Positions 38,306 through 50,123 of a DNA stretch of 53,270 bases are shown in pieces. The first letter of the stretch is position 1. Each line of letters begins with the position of its first letter. Location of the stretch: positions 1 through 53,270 of the forward strand of contig ADNK01000121.1 of assembly GCA_000320545.1 (NCBI GenBank). The letters are read 5' to 3'. Source of the DNA: Bigelowiella natans CCMP2755 (lineage: Eukaryota; Protista; Cercozoa). The notes below the pieces were generated by a model. The model was not told the DNA's origin. It saw only the letters and a program-made list of their open reading frames with translations, and made no database searches. The translations under genes were made by a program, and so were the position numbers.

Positions 38306-39611
38306 CTGTATCTCTCTATCTCCATCTTCTCCGTAGTACTAGCACACATTATGAAGAAGCTGCTCACTCACACCTACCTCCAAGGTCATCACCATCATCA
38401 TCATCATCATCATCACCACCACCACCATCCCCTGATACTACTACGACCGTTTCTGTCTGTGCTGTTATTCGTCTTGACGTTTCTCCTCCCTGAGGTGCTA
38501 TTACATTCTCACCCTTACCCGAAGCTTGTTGTTGTTGTTGCTGCTGCTGCTGCTGCTGTGTTTCAGACGTCAAACAGACCCCTCCTGTTCGATGATGAAC
38601 TGCGAAAAAAGGGAGAGGGGAAGCGATGAGGGTAATGCGAGGAATTAGGATTGGCGTCATTATCATTATTGCTGCTGCTGCTGCTGCCGTTACCGTGTGA
38701 AATGCGAGTATAATCAGCCGGGTGGTCCGCCATAGGGTATTGATGATTTGACATGTGCTGCTGCATAGGCTGTTGTTGCAGGTGGTGAAGCTGCTCAAGG
38801 TAGCATCCTCCACTTTGTGCTCCTCCTTCTCCTCCTCCTCCTCCCCCCCCTCCTCCTCCTGCTGCTGCTGCTGCTTCTTCTTCCTCTCGAAGTGAGCTCT
38901 CCAAGGGACCGAGTGACGATGGACACGACAGCACCGTCGCTGGAAGGTCGGCAGGGAGGCGGTAAAAGGTGGAGGGGGAGGGGGAGGGGGAGGAAGAGGA
39001 GAAGGAAGTGGAGGAGGGAATTAGGATGTGGTTGTGATGATTATGTGGAAGATGCTTCGGATGCTGCTGGGGGCAGTCGTCTGTTGGCGTTGAGCTGCTC
39101 TCTGATAAGTGATATACAGGTAGCGTCATGTATAGGAGAGGAGGAGGAGGAGGAAGAAGAAGAAAAATGGGGAGGAGAGGTAGTTGCGGTTAGGGTTCGG
39201 ATGCATATACGGATGGTGACAAGGGCCATGATCATCCGAGTTTATGATGAATTGGTAGATGGACCGTCGTGTGTGTGTGTATGTGTGTGTTTGTTTTGGA
39301 GATGATGATTGAGATACGAAGTTACCTGATGAAAATGTCGCCGCCTTTCTGATTCTTCCTGATGAGTCTCCCACCACCCCTCTCCCTTTTTCCTCCTGCT
39401 GCTTCACCGACTGGGACGATAGCGCCAAGGACGTCGGTGGTGACGACAAGAAAGAAGCTTCAAAAGTAAACTGCTGTGCTTCCAGGCCTCCTCCTGTTAC
39501 TATCCCTGAGTCGTCGTTAGTGATTGATGGCACGGACAACGATGATGGTGATGATGATGGTGGTGGTGATGGCGATGGTCCTCCCGCCGTCATGGTAGTA
39601 GTGGTATTAGT

Positions 39612-39643
<32 letters not shown>

Positions 39644-40560
39644 CTGAACCATAAGAAGGGCAAGTAGGATCAGTAGCCGCACTAACACCAACATCGTGAG
39701 TTGGGTGGCGTGGAGGACAACCTGTCGGTACTACAGTAGCGCTACTTCTACTACTACTACTTCTCTGTTGTGATGCTGCTACTGCTACTGCTGCTGCTGC
39801 TGATGATGATGATGATGATAATGATGATGACGATGATGATGACGATGATGATGACGATGATGATGGTGCTACTGCTTGAGCTGCTGTTCTTCCTGCCCCT
39901 TCTACATTGATGGTATTTTTTGACAAGCTTGTGTTACTACCACCACTGATACTGCTGCTTATTCTGGCGTCGTCAGATCTTATGGAAACCATCTGCGTTG
40001 GTTCTGTCTCCCCCGTCTTTGTTCTTGCCGTCGTCGTCATCGTTTTCGTTTGTGCGATGGGACGGAAGGTGTGCTGGTAGAGACGCTGCTGCTGCTGCTG
40101 CTGCGTCAGATATTGATTGTTGGGTGCAATATTCGTTGGGAAAAAGCTCGACGGCATAAGAGGTAGCAGCGCTGTGGCAGCAGCAATATCGTACTGAAGA
40201 TGATGAAAAGGATGATGGATGATAGGGTAGTGATGATGACGGAGCTGATGATGGCGTTGCTGATGCTGATATTGGTGCTGGAACATCGGTGAGAGGGAGG
40301 TCAAGTCGAGGTGGTAGCGATGATAACAATTGGAAATGCTACTATTCCTACTAATACTACCACTATCCCCACCGCTCTTACTGACTATGCCTCCAACCCT
40401 CGGTGCCACTATTGCCTCTGCTGCCGCTGCCGGCATCACTGATGTTGTTGGGGTTGTTACTTTGTTGTTAGACTTGCCATAGCAGAGCTTCTTGTGTCTG
40501 TGTGTCTGTGAGCAGCAGCAGCAGCAATAGCAGTAACAGTAGTAGTAATTCGAATGATGA

Positions 40561-40594
<34 letters not shown>

Positions 40595-41280
40595 GGCGTA
40601 GAGGATAAGCAGTGCATTACTCAGAGAACAGCAAAAAAGCAGCTTGTGGAGTGAGTGGCTACATTTCCTTGTGGATCTCTTCTCTAGCATCATCATCATC
40701 ATCATCATCATCATCAATCAATCAATACCTTTCCGCTGCTGCTGGTGTTAATACCCTGGGCGGTATCACTAAGACTACTACTGCCATCAACGCCACAGTC
40801 GTTTGCAGTGGAAGCGATGCTGTTAGCTGCAACTGCTTTCATCATCCCCCAGGGGGGGGGGGGGGGGGATGAGGGGGACATCCCTGAAGAACAGCTGTGG
40901 AACACCATGATTGCTGACGCTGCTCATCTGATTCACAATGCTCCAACAGTATTGATAGAGCTTCTTCTTTATCCTTCGCTTGTCATCAGAAAGGGGTATT
41001 ATCACATCAAATGGAGGTAGTAGTAGTTGAAATAGTAGTTGCAGAAGTAATAATAGTAGTAGCAGTTGTGAGTAGTAGCAAGAAGACAGTTGTTCCGAGG
41101 GTATATCAGTAGGAATAATAGCAGTAACGATTGCAGGAGGAGAAAGAGGGAGAGAAGGGCTTGTAAGCAAATAGGAGTAGGCCACTGCTCCATATTGCCA
41201 CATGCACGTTGTTATATCGATTTTTACGTTTATCATCAATGTTAACATAATGGGTATTCTTGCTTTCATCTTGATCGGTT

Positions 41281-41319
<39 letters not shown>

Positions 41320-41320
41320 T
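30820..41320. repeat. Microsatellite-saturated zone (trinucleotide, GA/TC and homopolymer tracts) across WD40 introns and the MYB 3' region
   Basis: Visible (CAA)n ~31139-31178, (GTT)/(GGT)n ~32800-32886, (CCT)n ~33486-33531, (GA)n ~35453-35490, (GAT)n ~37982-38067, (TC)n ~38256-38301 and ~41283-41316. Confidence 0.95.
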
Positions 41321-42896
41321 GTCCCTATACTTCTATATATGAACGACCTTTAGCAGTCTTGACTCCGTTGAGCCTATTGTTCATTCTTCTAGTGACTCTC
41401 CGCATCGTAGAGTTCCATCTATTCTTTATCGCATTATCAGTCCTACGACGAAGGAAGAGGGCAAGGAGGAGGAGGAAGAAGAAGAAGAAGATCATGACGA
41501 TGATAATGATGGATATCTGCATAAAGCACGTTGGGTCAGAAGGAGAGGAGCACCTTCCCTTCAGCAACTTGGCGATTTCCGCCCATTTGGGGCCATAACG
41601 CTTGTGAGCGTCAATGATGATCTGGTCTTCGTCGCTGTCCCACGGGGCCTTTTTTATCGCCGGGTTAAGGAGATTATACCACCTAGCCAGAAAACAATGC
41701 ATATGTGTGGTCATCTTCTGTGACGAACGACAACAACAGCGATGGGTATCATCATCAACACTATCGTAGAATGCATCTATGGTAGTAGTAGTAGTAGTAG
41801 CAGTAGTAGTGTTGATGTCTGGAGGAATGATATACCGCTCCCGACACTGCTTTCCACTTCTTTCTGGTAGTTTCTTGCCGATTTCGAGCCACTTAATGCA
41901 TTTGTTGTTTTTGTATTGCTTGACTAGCATCATGACTGTGTCGTCCTCCTCTCGACTCCATTGCTTTCTCTCGCTTGTTCTTCGACGGCGCTTCACTCCG
42001 CGTCGTCGCCCATGCAGCATCCTCCCAATTACGTTAGAGCTATCTTGATGTGAAAGCGGAGCTCTTAACGAAGATGATGCTCCTCTTTGTATCACAGGCA
42101 TTGTTGCATGCCTCTTGATAGTAAGGTCGCGAGTCGCCTGGAAAGCTTCCGTTTCCCCCTCCTCCTTCTCCTGCTGCTGCTGCTGCTGGTGATGATGATA
42201 CTTGTGGTCAAATGAAGTCCGGTTCGATTGAGCTGCCGTGGTTGGTTGCTGCTGCGTCATGAAGGCCGGGTTTAGAATCATATAGCTAGTTTGCTCTGCA
42301 TTTGCTGCGCCACTACTAATAGCAGCAGTAGCAGGAGGAGGAGGAGGAGGAGGAGGAGCCTGAAATTTTACTGGCTGCCAAGAGCCCTCCAGCCCCGCTC
42401 CTCCCGCTTTATTCGCAGAGAAGGGATATTGAGGCGGCTGAGCTTGGGGAAAGTTGCTGAAAATATGATACTGTTGCTGATGATTCGCCCTCATAGGTAA
42501 TTGTTGCTGCTGCTGCTGGTGAATGGAGCTCTTCTTGAGCTTTGAGGTTCCGTTGTCGGGGCGATTCTTGGACGACGATGAAGTAGTCGTCGATAACAGG
42601 ACCTGGTTCACTTCTCCCCGCTTCATATCATTGTTGCTTGCATTCTTCTTGTCACTGTTGCTACAATCCGTCAACGACGTCGTCCTCTTTTCTTCTCCTG
42701 ATAGGATGTGCCTCGTCGTCATCTCAGCGAAGTCAGCTGGTTCTAGCGCATGGCTCAAAGTCTCGAAGTCTCCGCTTGAGAGAGGATACTGTTCGGGATG
42801 GCTTCTCTCCCCTCCATCCATTTCATGTATGAACTGCTCGGCTTCCCCAATGGGGGTGGGGAATTCTTTACCAGGAAAGGAAGAGGATGATATCAT
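37678..42896 (-). CDS. Two-repeat (R2R3-type) MYB transcription factor with very long low-complexity C-terminus; 3' exons approximate
   Basis: RKQWSREEDDTVMMLVKQY..KWLEIGKKLPERSGKQCRER|WYNLLNPAIKKAPWDSDEDQIIIDAHKRYGPKWAEIAKLLKGR|TDNAIKNRWNSTMRR. Introns 41683-41835 and 41443-41553. Downstream Ser/Gln/His/Ala-rich ORFs lie on the same strand. Confidence 0.88.
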
Positions 42897-43726
42897 TGAT
42901 GATTAGGAATAGATAGGAGGAGGAACCAAGTTGATGATGATGGTGGAAACGATGAGGCTGTTTTTGAACGCCACCCCCCACTCCCTTGGTAGTTATAATT
43001 ACTGGAAATTCCTCTTTGAGTCTTTAACTACTGCGCCAGAAGTAACTCGCAATAATATGGAAAACTTGATTGGGTAGGATGGATCAGTCTATCACCTCAC
43101 GATAGTGGTAGTACCTGAAGTGAGGCCGAGAGTCGCTAAACGAGGAGCAACAGCACAGGGAAGGAACAGTGGATGGCAAATCACTAGCAAGGCCTAAGAT
43201 ACGAAGGAATTTTGACTCAAAATTTTGACTAATTCGCCGCTGGCTGGCGTCTCTGCAATCGGTCCCCCCCCCAACAGAAGTGAGGTATCGATCTTCCAAC
43301 CGAAGTTTGCTCGAATAAAACTATACAAAGACAGTGCGTTGATGATGTCACACCCGCTAAATACAGGCCGTTTTGGAAGCCTTTCGCTTGCTGGCCTTAT
43401 CTCCCAACATCTCGGCCACTGATCACATAACGAGGGATGATTTCGTGCGATTGTCGCAGGTCACTAATACAGGCGATGCTGTGGCTTTCATGTGGATAAT
43501 GGAAAGACGCGAGGCTTTTCTCGTGTGTGACCCGTTTTTTGAATGTGTAAACTTGCCGCTGCTGCTGCTGATGATGATGATGACTGCACACGGATGCATG
43601 ATGGTTTATTTATGGTCATATGGAGGGCGTTTTCCTCATACGACAACAACAACAACATGGATTATGTGCTAGTGTGAAACCCAACTCTCTGGCGACGACG
43701 AGACCCCCTCCCTCTCGTGAAAGGGA

Positions 43727-44427
43727 ATGGCGAGAACCATTCTCTTCGTGACGGTATGTCTTATCGGGGAGGTTTTGGATGTTAAATCAACGGCTGTGGT
43801 TCGACATAATGCTTGGAAGGGAACGCCCCCGATGAAGGGCTTGTGCCACCGCAGCAACGGCCATATACATTCGCCACCACGAGGGTGTAGGCAGGTGAGG
43901 TCAAATGCAAAAATATTCACTGGTCATATGAAACATGCGAATTACCCAGTAAACCGGTCGTTACCATCTATTCATTCGGCTTTACTACATGATTAGGGAA
44001 AGGAGGAGCGTCTCTCCTCCTTCGCTGTGCAGCAATCCCATCGGTCCAGATTGTTGCTGAGGGCCAGAAAACCCAACACCATGGAGGAGGAGATGAAGGG
44101 GGCAAAGGTAGGGGTGGATACGACAGAGACTTCGAAGAGGAGTGGGCAACTAACGATTGTAAAATATGTGGCATTGATGGGCCTTGCCGGAGCGCTTCTG
44201 GGTCCATGGCTAGATAACTATCATGGTAATCAATTAGCTGCAGTTTCAATAAAAACGACACATCTAAATATCACCTCGATCCAGATTTCATATCATACTG
44301 CACCGTAATAAAGGTTTATTTGGAACTCTAAACTACAACTTATATCCCTTCCAGCTTCGGCTAAACGTAGGAAGCGATGCGGCGCCTACTCATTATGCAT
44401 TGACTTCACGTGTAAAGATTCTTGCTG

Positions 44428-44461
<34 letters not shown>

Positions 44462-45006
44462 GTGTCTGTGTGTGTGTGCTTTGTGTGTTGTTACATACTC
44501 TTAGGAACATGAAATCCTTAAGAGCGCCCTCTGGGTGCCATTTCTCTTCGGGGTAGCTGGAGTCATTATAGGTTATCTAGGAGGAAACGTAAATCTAAAA
44601 AATGATCGTATGACACGGAACATGCACATATTCATTCGATCTATCAAGATTCATACGCCAATGTTGTTATTTGTCCCGAAAATCACGATGCCATCAATAG
44701 GTGCTTTATACGTGTGGCTCGACACGGCTCTTCAAGATTACTCGAGATCCTCTACTGTCTCCCCCCAATCATTAAAAGCTGCTACCTCATTTAACCAGTT
44801 TTTGACCGAGGGGGGCAACAAGATCCTACCTCCAACCATCGATTCTGTCCTCTACTGCATATCCCTCTTCTCAGCCCAGTACGCATCACTTCCTTTAAAA
44901 AAAGGGGAGAAGAGACTTGGTCGAGTTGGAGGGAGGGGAGAAAATTCACAATGGACGGAAAATGTCCATTTTTTTACATTTCAAAAAGTCGTTATTTTAG
45001 GCAAGT

Positions 45007-45053
<47 letters not shown>

Positions 45054-45796
45054 GTGGAAAGGTACTATCTTAGCGGGTTGCTGGATTCCTCAGGATGTCC
45101 TCTCGTCAGTACTAATAGCAGCAGCAGGCAGCAGTAGTAGTAGTAGTAGTAGTAGTAGTAGCACCACATGTCGGTTTGTTGCTCACAATTCTTTACCCTC
45201 ATCGCATATATCTGCGGTACTATAGAATGAAAGCTATGGACTGTATATGTCAAAAATCAAAACAATAAACCATAGATCAGACAGATATCGAGCGAGATTA
45301 CTTGATGCACGTACTTGATGCCTCTACAGGTTCTTAGTCACGTTATCCTCGCAGCTGTTGCAGTATGGGGGTTTTACAAATTCGACAATTCCCTGGCAGG
45401 CCTCCTTGCCTCATTGGCGACAGCCATGGGTGGTCCAGCGATAGAAATTGGACTTGTCAACGTCCTACACGCGTAATGTGATGATCATATGCACGGCAAG
45501 ATAGAATAAGAAGAGATGTGAAGAGGCGGAGAAGATTCAACATCTTAAATCAAGATCAACAACTCTGATTTACAAAAATCAGCAACGAGTTCACTGAATT
45601 CTGTGGGACTTAGGTACTCGTATTCAAATGCAGACTTATGGGGGGTGGACAGCTGGATACCTTGGTAGTAGTATCTATATATTTATGCCTCGATGTTTTT
45701 TTAAAAGTAAATCCCTCCTCATACAGGGTTTATTTTCTTGGAGGGCCAGCTGTGGGAAATTTAGGTCGCCTCACTTGGCATGAGCTGAACAAATAA
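43727..45796 (+). CDS. INSIG-like (plant/cyanobacterial type) multipass membrane protein with bipartite leader
   Basis: Spliced: MARTILFVTVCLIG leader, MGLAGALLGPWLDNYHGLFGTLNY, SALWVPFLFGVAGVIIG, SLFSAQYYLSG, FDNSLAGLLASLATAMGGPAIEIGL, YSYSNADLWGVDSWIPWVYFLGGPAVGNLGR. TAA at 45794-96. Family assignment is from recalled motifs. Confidence 0.7.
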
Positions 45797-46006
45797 TTAC
45801 TCAGCCTCGGCCAATGCACATGTCGGGCTCTGGTGCGTAATAATGGCTGCCAAATTGCTTCTACAATGTACAGTATGATGGCTAGCCGCGATCTAGTCAT
45901 TAAGAAGAGCCCAGAGGTGCCATACACATGCACAGCGCGCGCAGATGCAGCAAAGCGCATAGCACCATGCTGCCGTAATGGGACTCCAAGACTTGCCTTA
46001 TGCATG

Positions 46007-46085
46007 AGATAGATGTAATGCAATGATTACATTTTTTAAAATAGTCATCCTAAGGTAGCTGCCATGTGAGCGGCAGATACAACGT
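46007..46085. repeat. Dispersed degenerate repeat, copy 2
   Basis: GATGTAATGCA (46012-22) and AATAGTCATCCTAA (46040-53) are shared with 21641-21780. Confidence 0.55.
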
Positions 46086-47288
46086 TAAAATCATGCTAGT
46101 ATGGCTGTCATTAGTTTATGCGATTAGGACATATGTGTTTCACGTTTGCGAATGTTTGTTGTTGTTCCTCCCGGTTGTGCCGCATGTAATCAACGCGTTC
46201 GTACATGTTCCTTGCTCAGTCCACGCAAAACAATAATTGTAATCTATATCGAAACTAAAAGGCCGAAGAATTTATAAACACGTACCAATACACAAACATT
46301 TGGAAAGTATGCAGGGGTGCTTACTTTGTATCCCAGATGCGGTCATAGTGCGCAGCAGCTATGACCCGGTGCTGTGTGCCATTGGGCGACTATAATTGTG
46401 TCTGTTGTGGCAATGCATCTCAACAATAGATGCGTTATATATACCCCATAAAGGCTATAGAGCGTACCGGGTCAAAAACACATGTGTTCTCTGAGACATA
46501 TGTGGCTAAATTTATGTGTGTTATGTAACATCTATGTTTTTAAAAATAAAACTACATATGTTCGCACATGTGTACGCCATATAATCCATAAAGGCTTTAG
46601 AGCGTGGGAGTTGTGCTCTGCGCACGTGGCACACCCTAGCACCGTGCACCGAGATCGACGGATCGACGTGAGTGCATGCAATTTCAGTGAAGCTGCCAAA
46701 CTAGCAAAGCTTAGCATGTTGCTTTTCTAACATCTTAAAATGTGCAGTAAAACTTCGCTGTAACAATATGCATGTTTACAAGGCCGAAATCTAATCAATC
46801 AACAGCCTCGCTCATCCCGATATCAAACTATCATATACTAGCGTACGTACTAGTACATGCAGCATCTTATCATGCTGTCATGATCTTTTCCTGAATCTAG
46901 CAATGCGCAATCTCTTTAACTGCATGCTGCGTGCATAGCTGTAGTATATTGACCAGCGTGTTCGGGCTCGTGGCGCGCTCAGCCTATGCTAGTGGTTGGG
47001 GTTATGAATCAATCCTGATTTCAAATTGAGTTACTGCTGAAAATTGCAGGTTAATGCAACACAGTTGGTAGCAAATCTGCACGTTCATTCGTATTACCGA
47101 GCGAATAATTAGCTAATTCGCAGCCTGCCGCAACTCAAATCAGTGTTTCCCCTCTGATCATTTTGTGTTTCATTCAATTACATATTGACAAGTGAGGTAA
47201 CAACACAATTTTTGGGCTCCATTTTGAAGCGGTTGCGACACGCAGCTGCCCGCCAATTAGGAATACTCTACCCAATGTGACCTTCTCC

Positions 47289-49832
47289 TTAATATGCGGT
47301 CGCTTGTGCTGCGATGGACGCAAGATTTTCCTTGTCACCGCCACGAAAGCATGATCTATGTAGCCACTTTAAGCCCTCTAGACAGCACGGGAAGTATTCA
47401 TCACACTTCCCGAACGACATTTTCCAAGCATGATCTAGAGGTTCCCTGAGAGCCCTGTCCGTCATACATGCAATGAATATCACAAATCCAATGCTGACTT
47501 TAAAGCCGATTGTGAACACAAAGACCGTCAATGTGTAAGCCGGGACCCCATTATCATCGTCGTCGAGGAACACATTTGAGATATAAATAATTGCCATGAG
47601 GACGATGCCACCGACGTTGTAGGTCAAAACTACAGAGTATCGTTCGAAATTGCTTATGATCTCCTGAGAGACGTAGGATATGACGCAATCATTGTTTGTG
47701 CCACCCTGTCGGTTGCCCATCAATGAGTAATTGTTATCCGCCAGGTCGTCTTCGCGGCTTTCCAATCGTGAGTGGATCTGCTTTTGGAAGCCCAGGTGCT
47801 TCTGAAATTGAAGGATGAAGAACAAGTTTGGTATCAGGGCCGAGATCTCAAATAGGAACTTCACCAACTCGGCTGCTTTGTTCGTCGAATACTCGCAGCG
47901 CATACCTACCCCAGTCCAGCTGCTTTGTTTGAAGATGGGCGTGAACCTCGTAAAGGCGATACATCCTATCATCAGTGCCGAACACCCCAGAATTGTCGGG
48001 TACCCCCACTTCGCAAGCAGCTTTAACTTTTCCGAATATCCGCGACATGACCAGTACATGTTTAGGACGAGAATCAGGGCGACCCCATTCCCAAAGTAGT
48101 GGAAGAAGTAGTTGAACATGTCCAGGACCATTACGTCTGTGTAACCCGTTTCAGCAGAGTCGCATATTACATCAGTCGTGAGCCATCCGGCACAGCAGGC
48201 GACGAAGAGAAGGAAGGCCACCCAGCTCTGACCGCGGATGCGTCGCGGCATCAGCGTTCCTAGCCCAATCGTCAACGCGCAAAGCGCCAGTGAGCAGCTG
48301 GCAATGTAACTAGAGATAATCATCGGAACCGAGTCTCCCCCATTGGCTGAGTCGTATGATTCACTCTTGCTATCGAGAGCTGCGCCAGCAAGGATCAGGC
48401 AGGGCACCGAGAGCATTAAGGACACCAAGATACCGCCCGCAGCAACCTTTTCCCTCACGCCGTACTTACTTGCAATCACAAAGGCCGTCGGTGCCGTGGG
48501 AAGCATGCCGTATATGAAAGCAAACTCTGTGTCTGTGCTGTCACCCGTGAGTAGTTTAGCAAACACTGCCATGACCAAAGGCATAAGAATCACTTTCACG
48601 CCAGTGAGGCATGATATCGTGGTTGCCTCCCCGGTTGACTTCTGGATGCTAATGGCTACTCCTAGAGCAAAGAGCGTGCAGCCCCCATAGCAAGTGGATA
48701 AGGCCTCAAAGAAGTCTTGTATAAAGAGTGGAATCTGCCTCTTTTCAACGATTTGGTTAACTAAAATCCCGAGTATGCACGAAATTACTAGGGGTGACTT
48801 TAAGAGGGTCACCGTCACGTTCATCCATACCTTCCACAAAGACTCCTCGTCCTCGGCTACGTCATCACTGTAATTACGCTCCATATCTCCACTGGACTTA
48901 GAATCGTCTAAAAACTTTTGCTCAGAATGAAAGTCACTGCCATCGTGCGAAATTGGAGACACCACTTTCGAATTTTCACTTCTTGCGAGCTTGCCGCCCT
49001 TTCTCTCACCAAACTGCAAATCTCCACGCACGTCGACAGATTCATTAGAGAGCTGAATGGACCTTCCATTTTTTCCTCCCTTTTGTGCATTGAGCTCTAG
49101 CAAGATTAGGCTGACCACGTTCAGAAATAGGAGCTGAAATGGCGCAAATAGGAATATGTAGGAAACATACTCCTTACCGAACGTAGAGGCAATAATCGGT
49201 ACCTAGAGAGGGATAGAGGGGAGATATAAACCAACCCAAAAAGTTGACGATGACGAAATCACTAATCAAATGAATGCAAAAAATGAGAGTCGCAGAGCGG
49301 CATTTTGTGTTGTTGTCATTAGATGTACTCACCCCCAACGCCACATCGTTGCTCTGCGTGGCGAATATGGTATAGATACCCATGGTACCCAGTCTGTTTG
49401 CATCCCCACTTGCGCCAAAATATGTGATTCCCGACGTGCAGAGATGAATCAGCGCTTTCGCAACTATCATCGCTCCAAGCACCCCGAAGTTGACACCATT
49501 TCTATTCATGGTTGCCAGCGAGTAGAAGAACACAGCCTAATAAGCAAAAATAAGCAAAAATCTTCAAATCAAGATCAATCGACAGCTTTTAGTACTTATT
49601 ACCGGTAAGGCAATCGTCGAGACGAACCTATTCAGCCCTTCAGCATGCTTCTTAGTGAAAACATGGGTTCTGGAGAGCAGCAGAAATTCCGTCATCAACA
49701 TCAGAAGGAATTCGGATATGTATTATTTCCCCTTCTAACATCATTCAATCAGTACCTCTTACAAACATAACCACAGGCTATGATCAAAGCCGTCGAGCCT
49801 ATTGCGGTCAGAAGGTTGCTAACAACACCCAT
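47289..49832 (-). CDS. GPR155: GPR155/LYCHOS-like protein: PIN/AEC-family transporter domain fused to a 7TM GPCR-like domain, no DEP domain
   Basis: IIACGYV, EGLNRFVSTIALPAVFF, IVAKA, IFATQSNDVALG, YVSYIFLFAPFQLLFLN, LFALG, VKVILMPLV, FAFIYGMLPTAP (cf. recalled human IFATQSNDFALG, YIYLVAPISLMMLN, AFLYGVFPVAP), then about 7 more hydrophobic helices. Three or four introns in the 5' part. Confidence 0.85.
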
Positions 49833-50123
49833 AGCTCATGAGGCGGAATGGAAAGAGTGTGTTCCGATGAATCATGTGCGACATAATTTTACACTTGCCG
49901 CTTCGCAAAAATACATACTGATTTACACGATTTTCTACCTAGGATTTCAAAATATCACAAAGGTTGTAAAAGTACCGCATGTAAAAGTATCCAGAGAGAA
50001 ATATCTGAAAATCTCCGAAATATCTGAACATCTCTGAGAGAATCAGGAAATTCCTGGAGGATCTGCTCGTGGCTCGCAGAATGAAAATCTGATTAGACGC
50101 CGACAACAAGCGATGAGAGGAGG

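Noticed and set aside
38563-40439. Apparent frameshift or overlap between the 437-aa and 188-aa minus-strand ORFs
   Set aside because: Explained by an SSR-containing intron (~39120-39325) in the MYB gene rather than recoding.
7334-49832. Sterol/isoprenoid gene cluster (FPPS + INSIG-like + LYCHOS-like)
   Set aside because: FPPS is about 35 kb away with unrelated genes in between, and the INSIG-like protein looks plastid-targeted. Adjacency is most likely coincidental.
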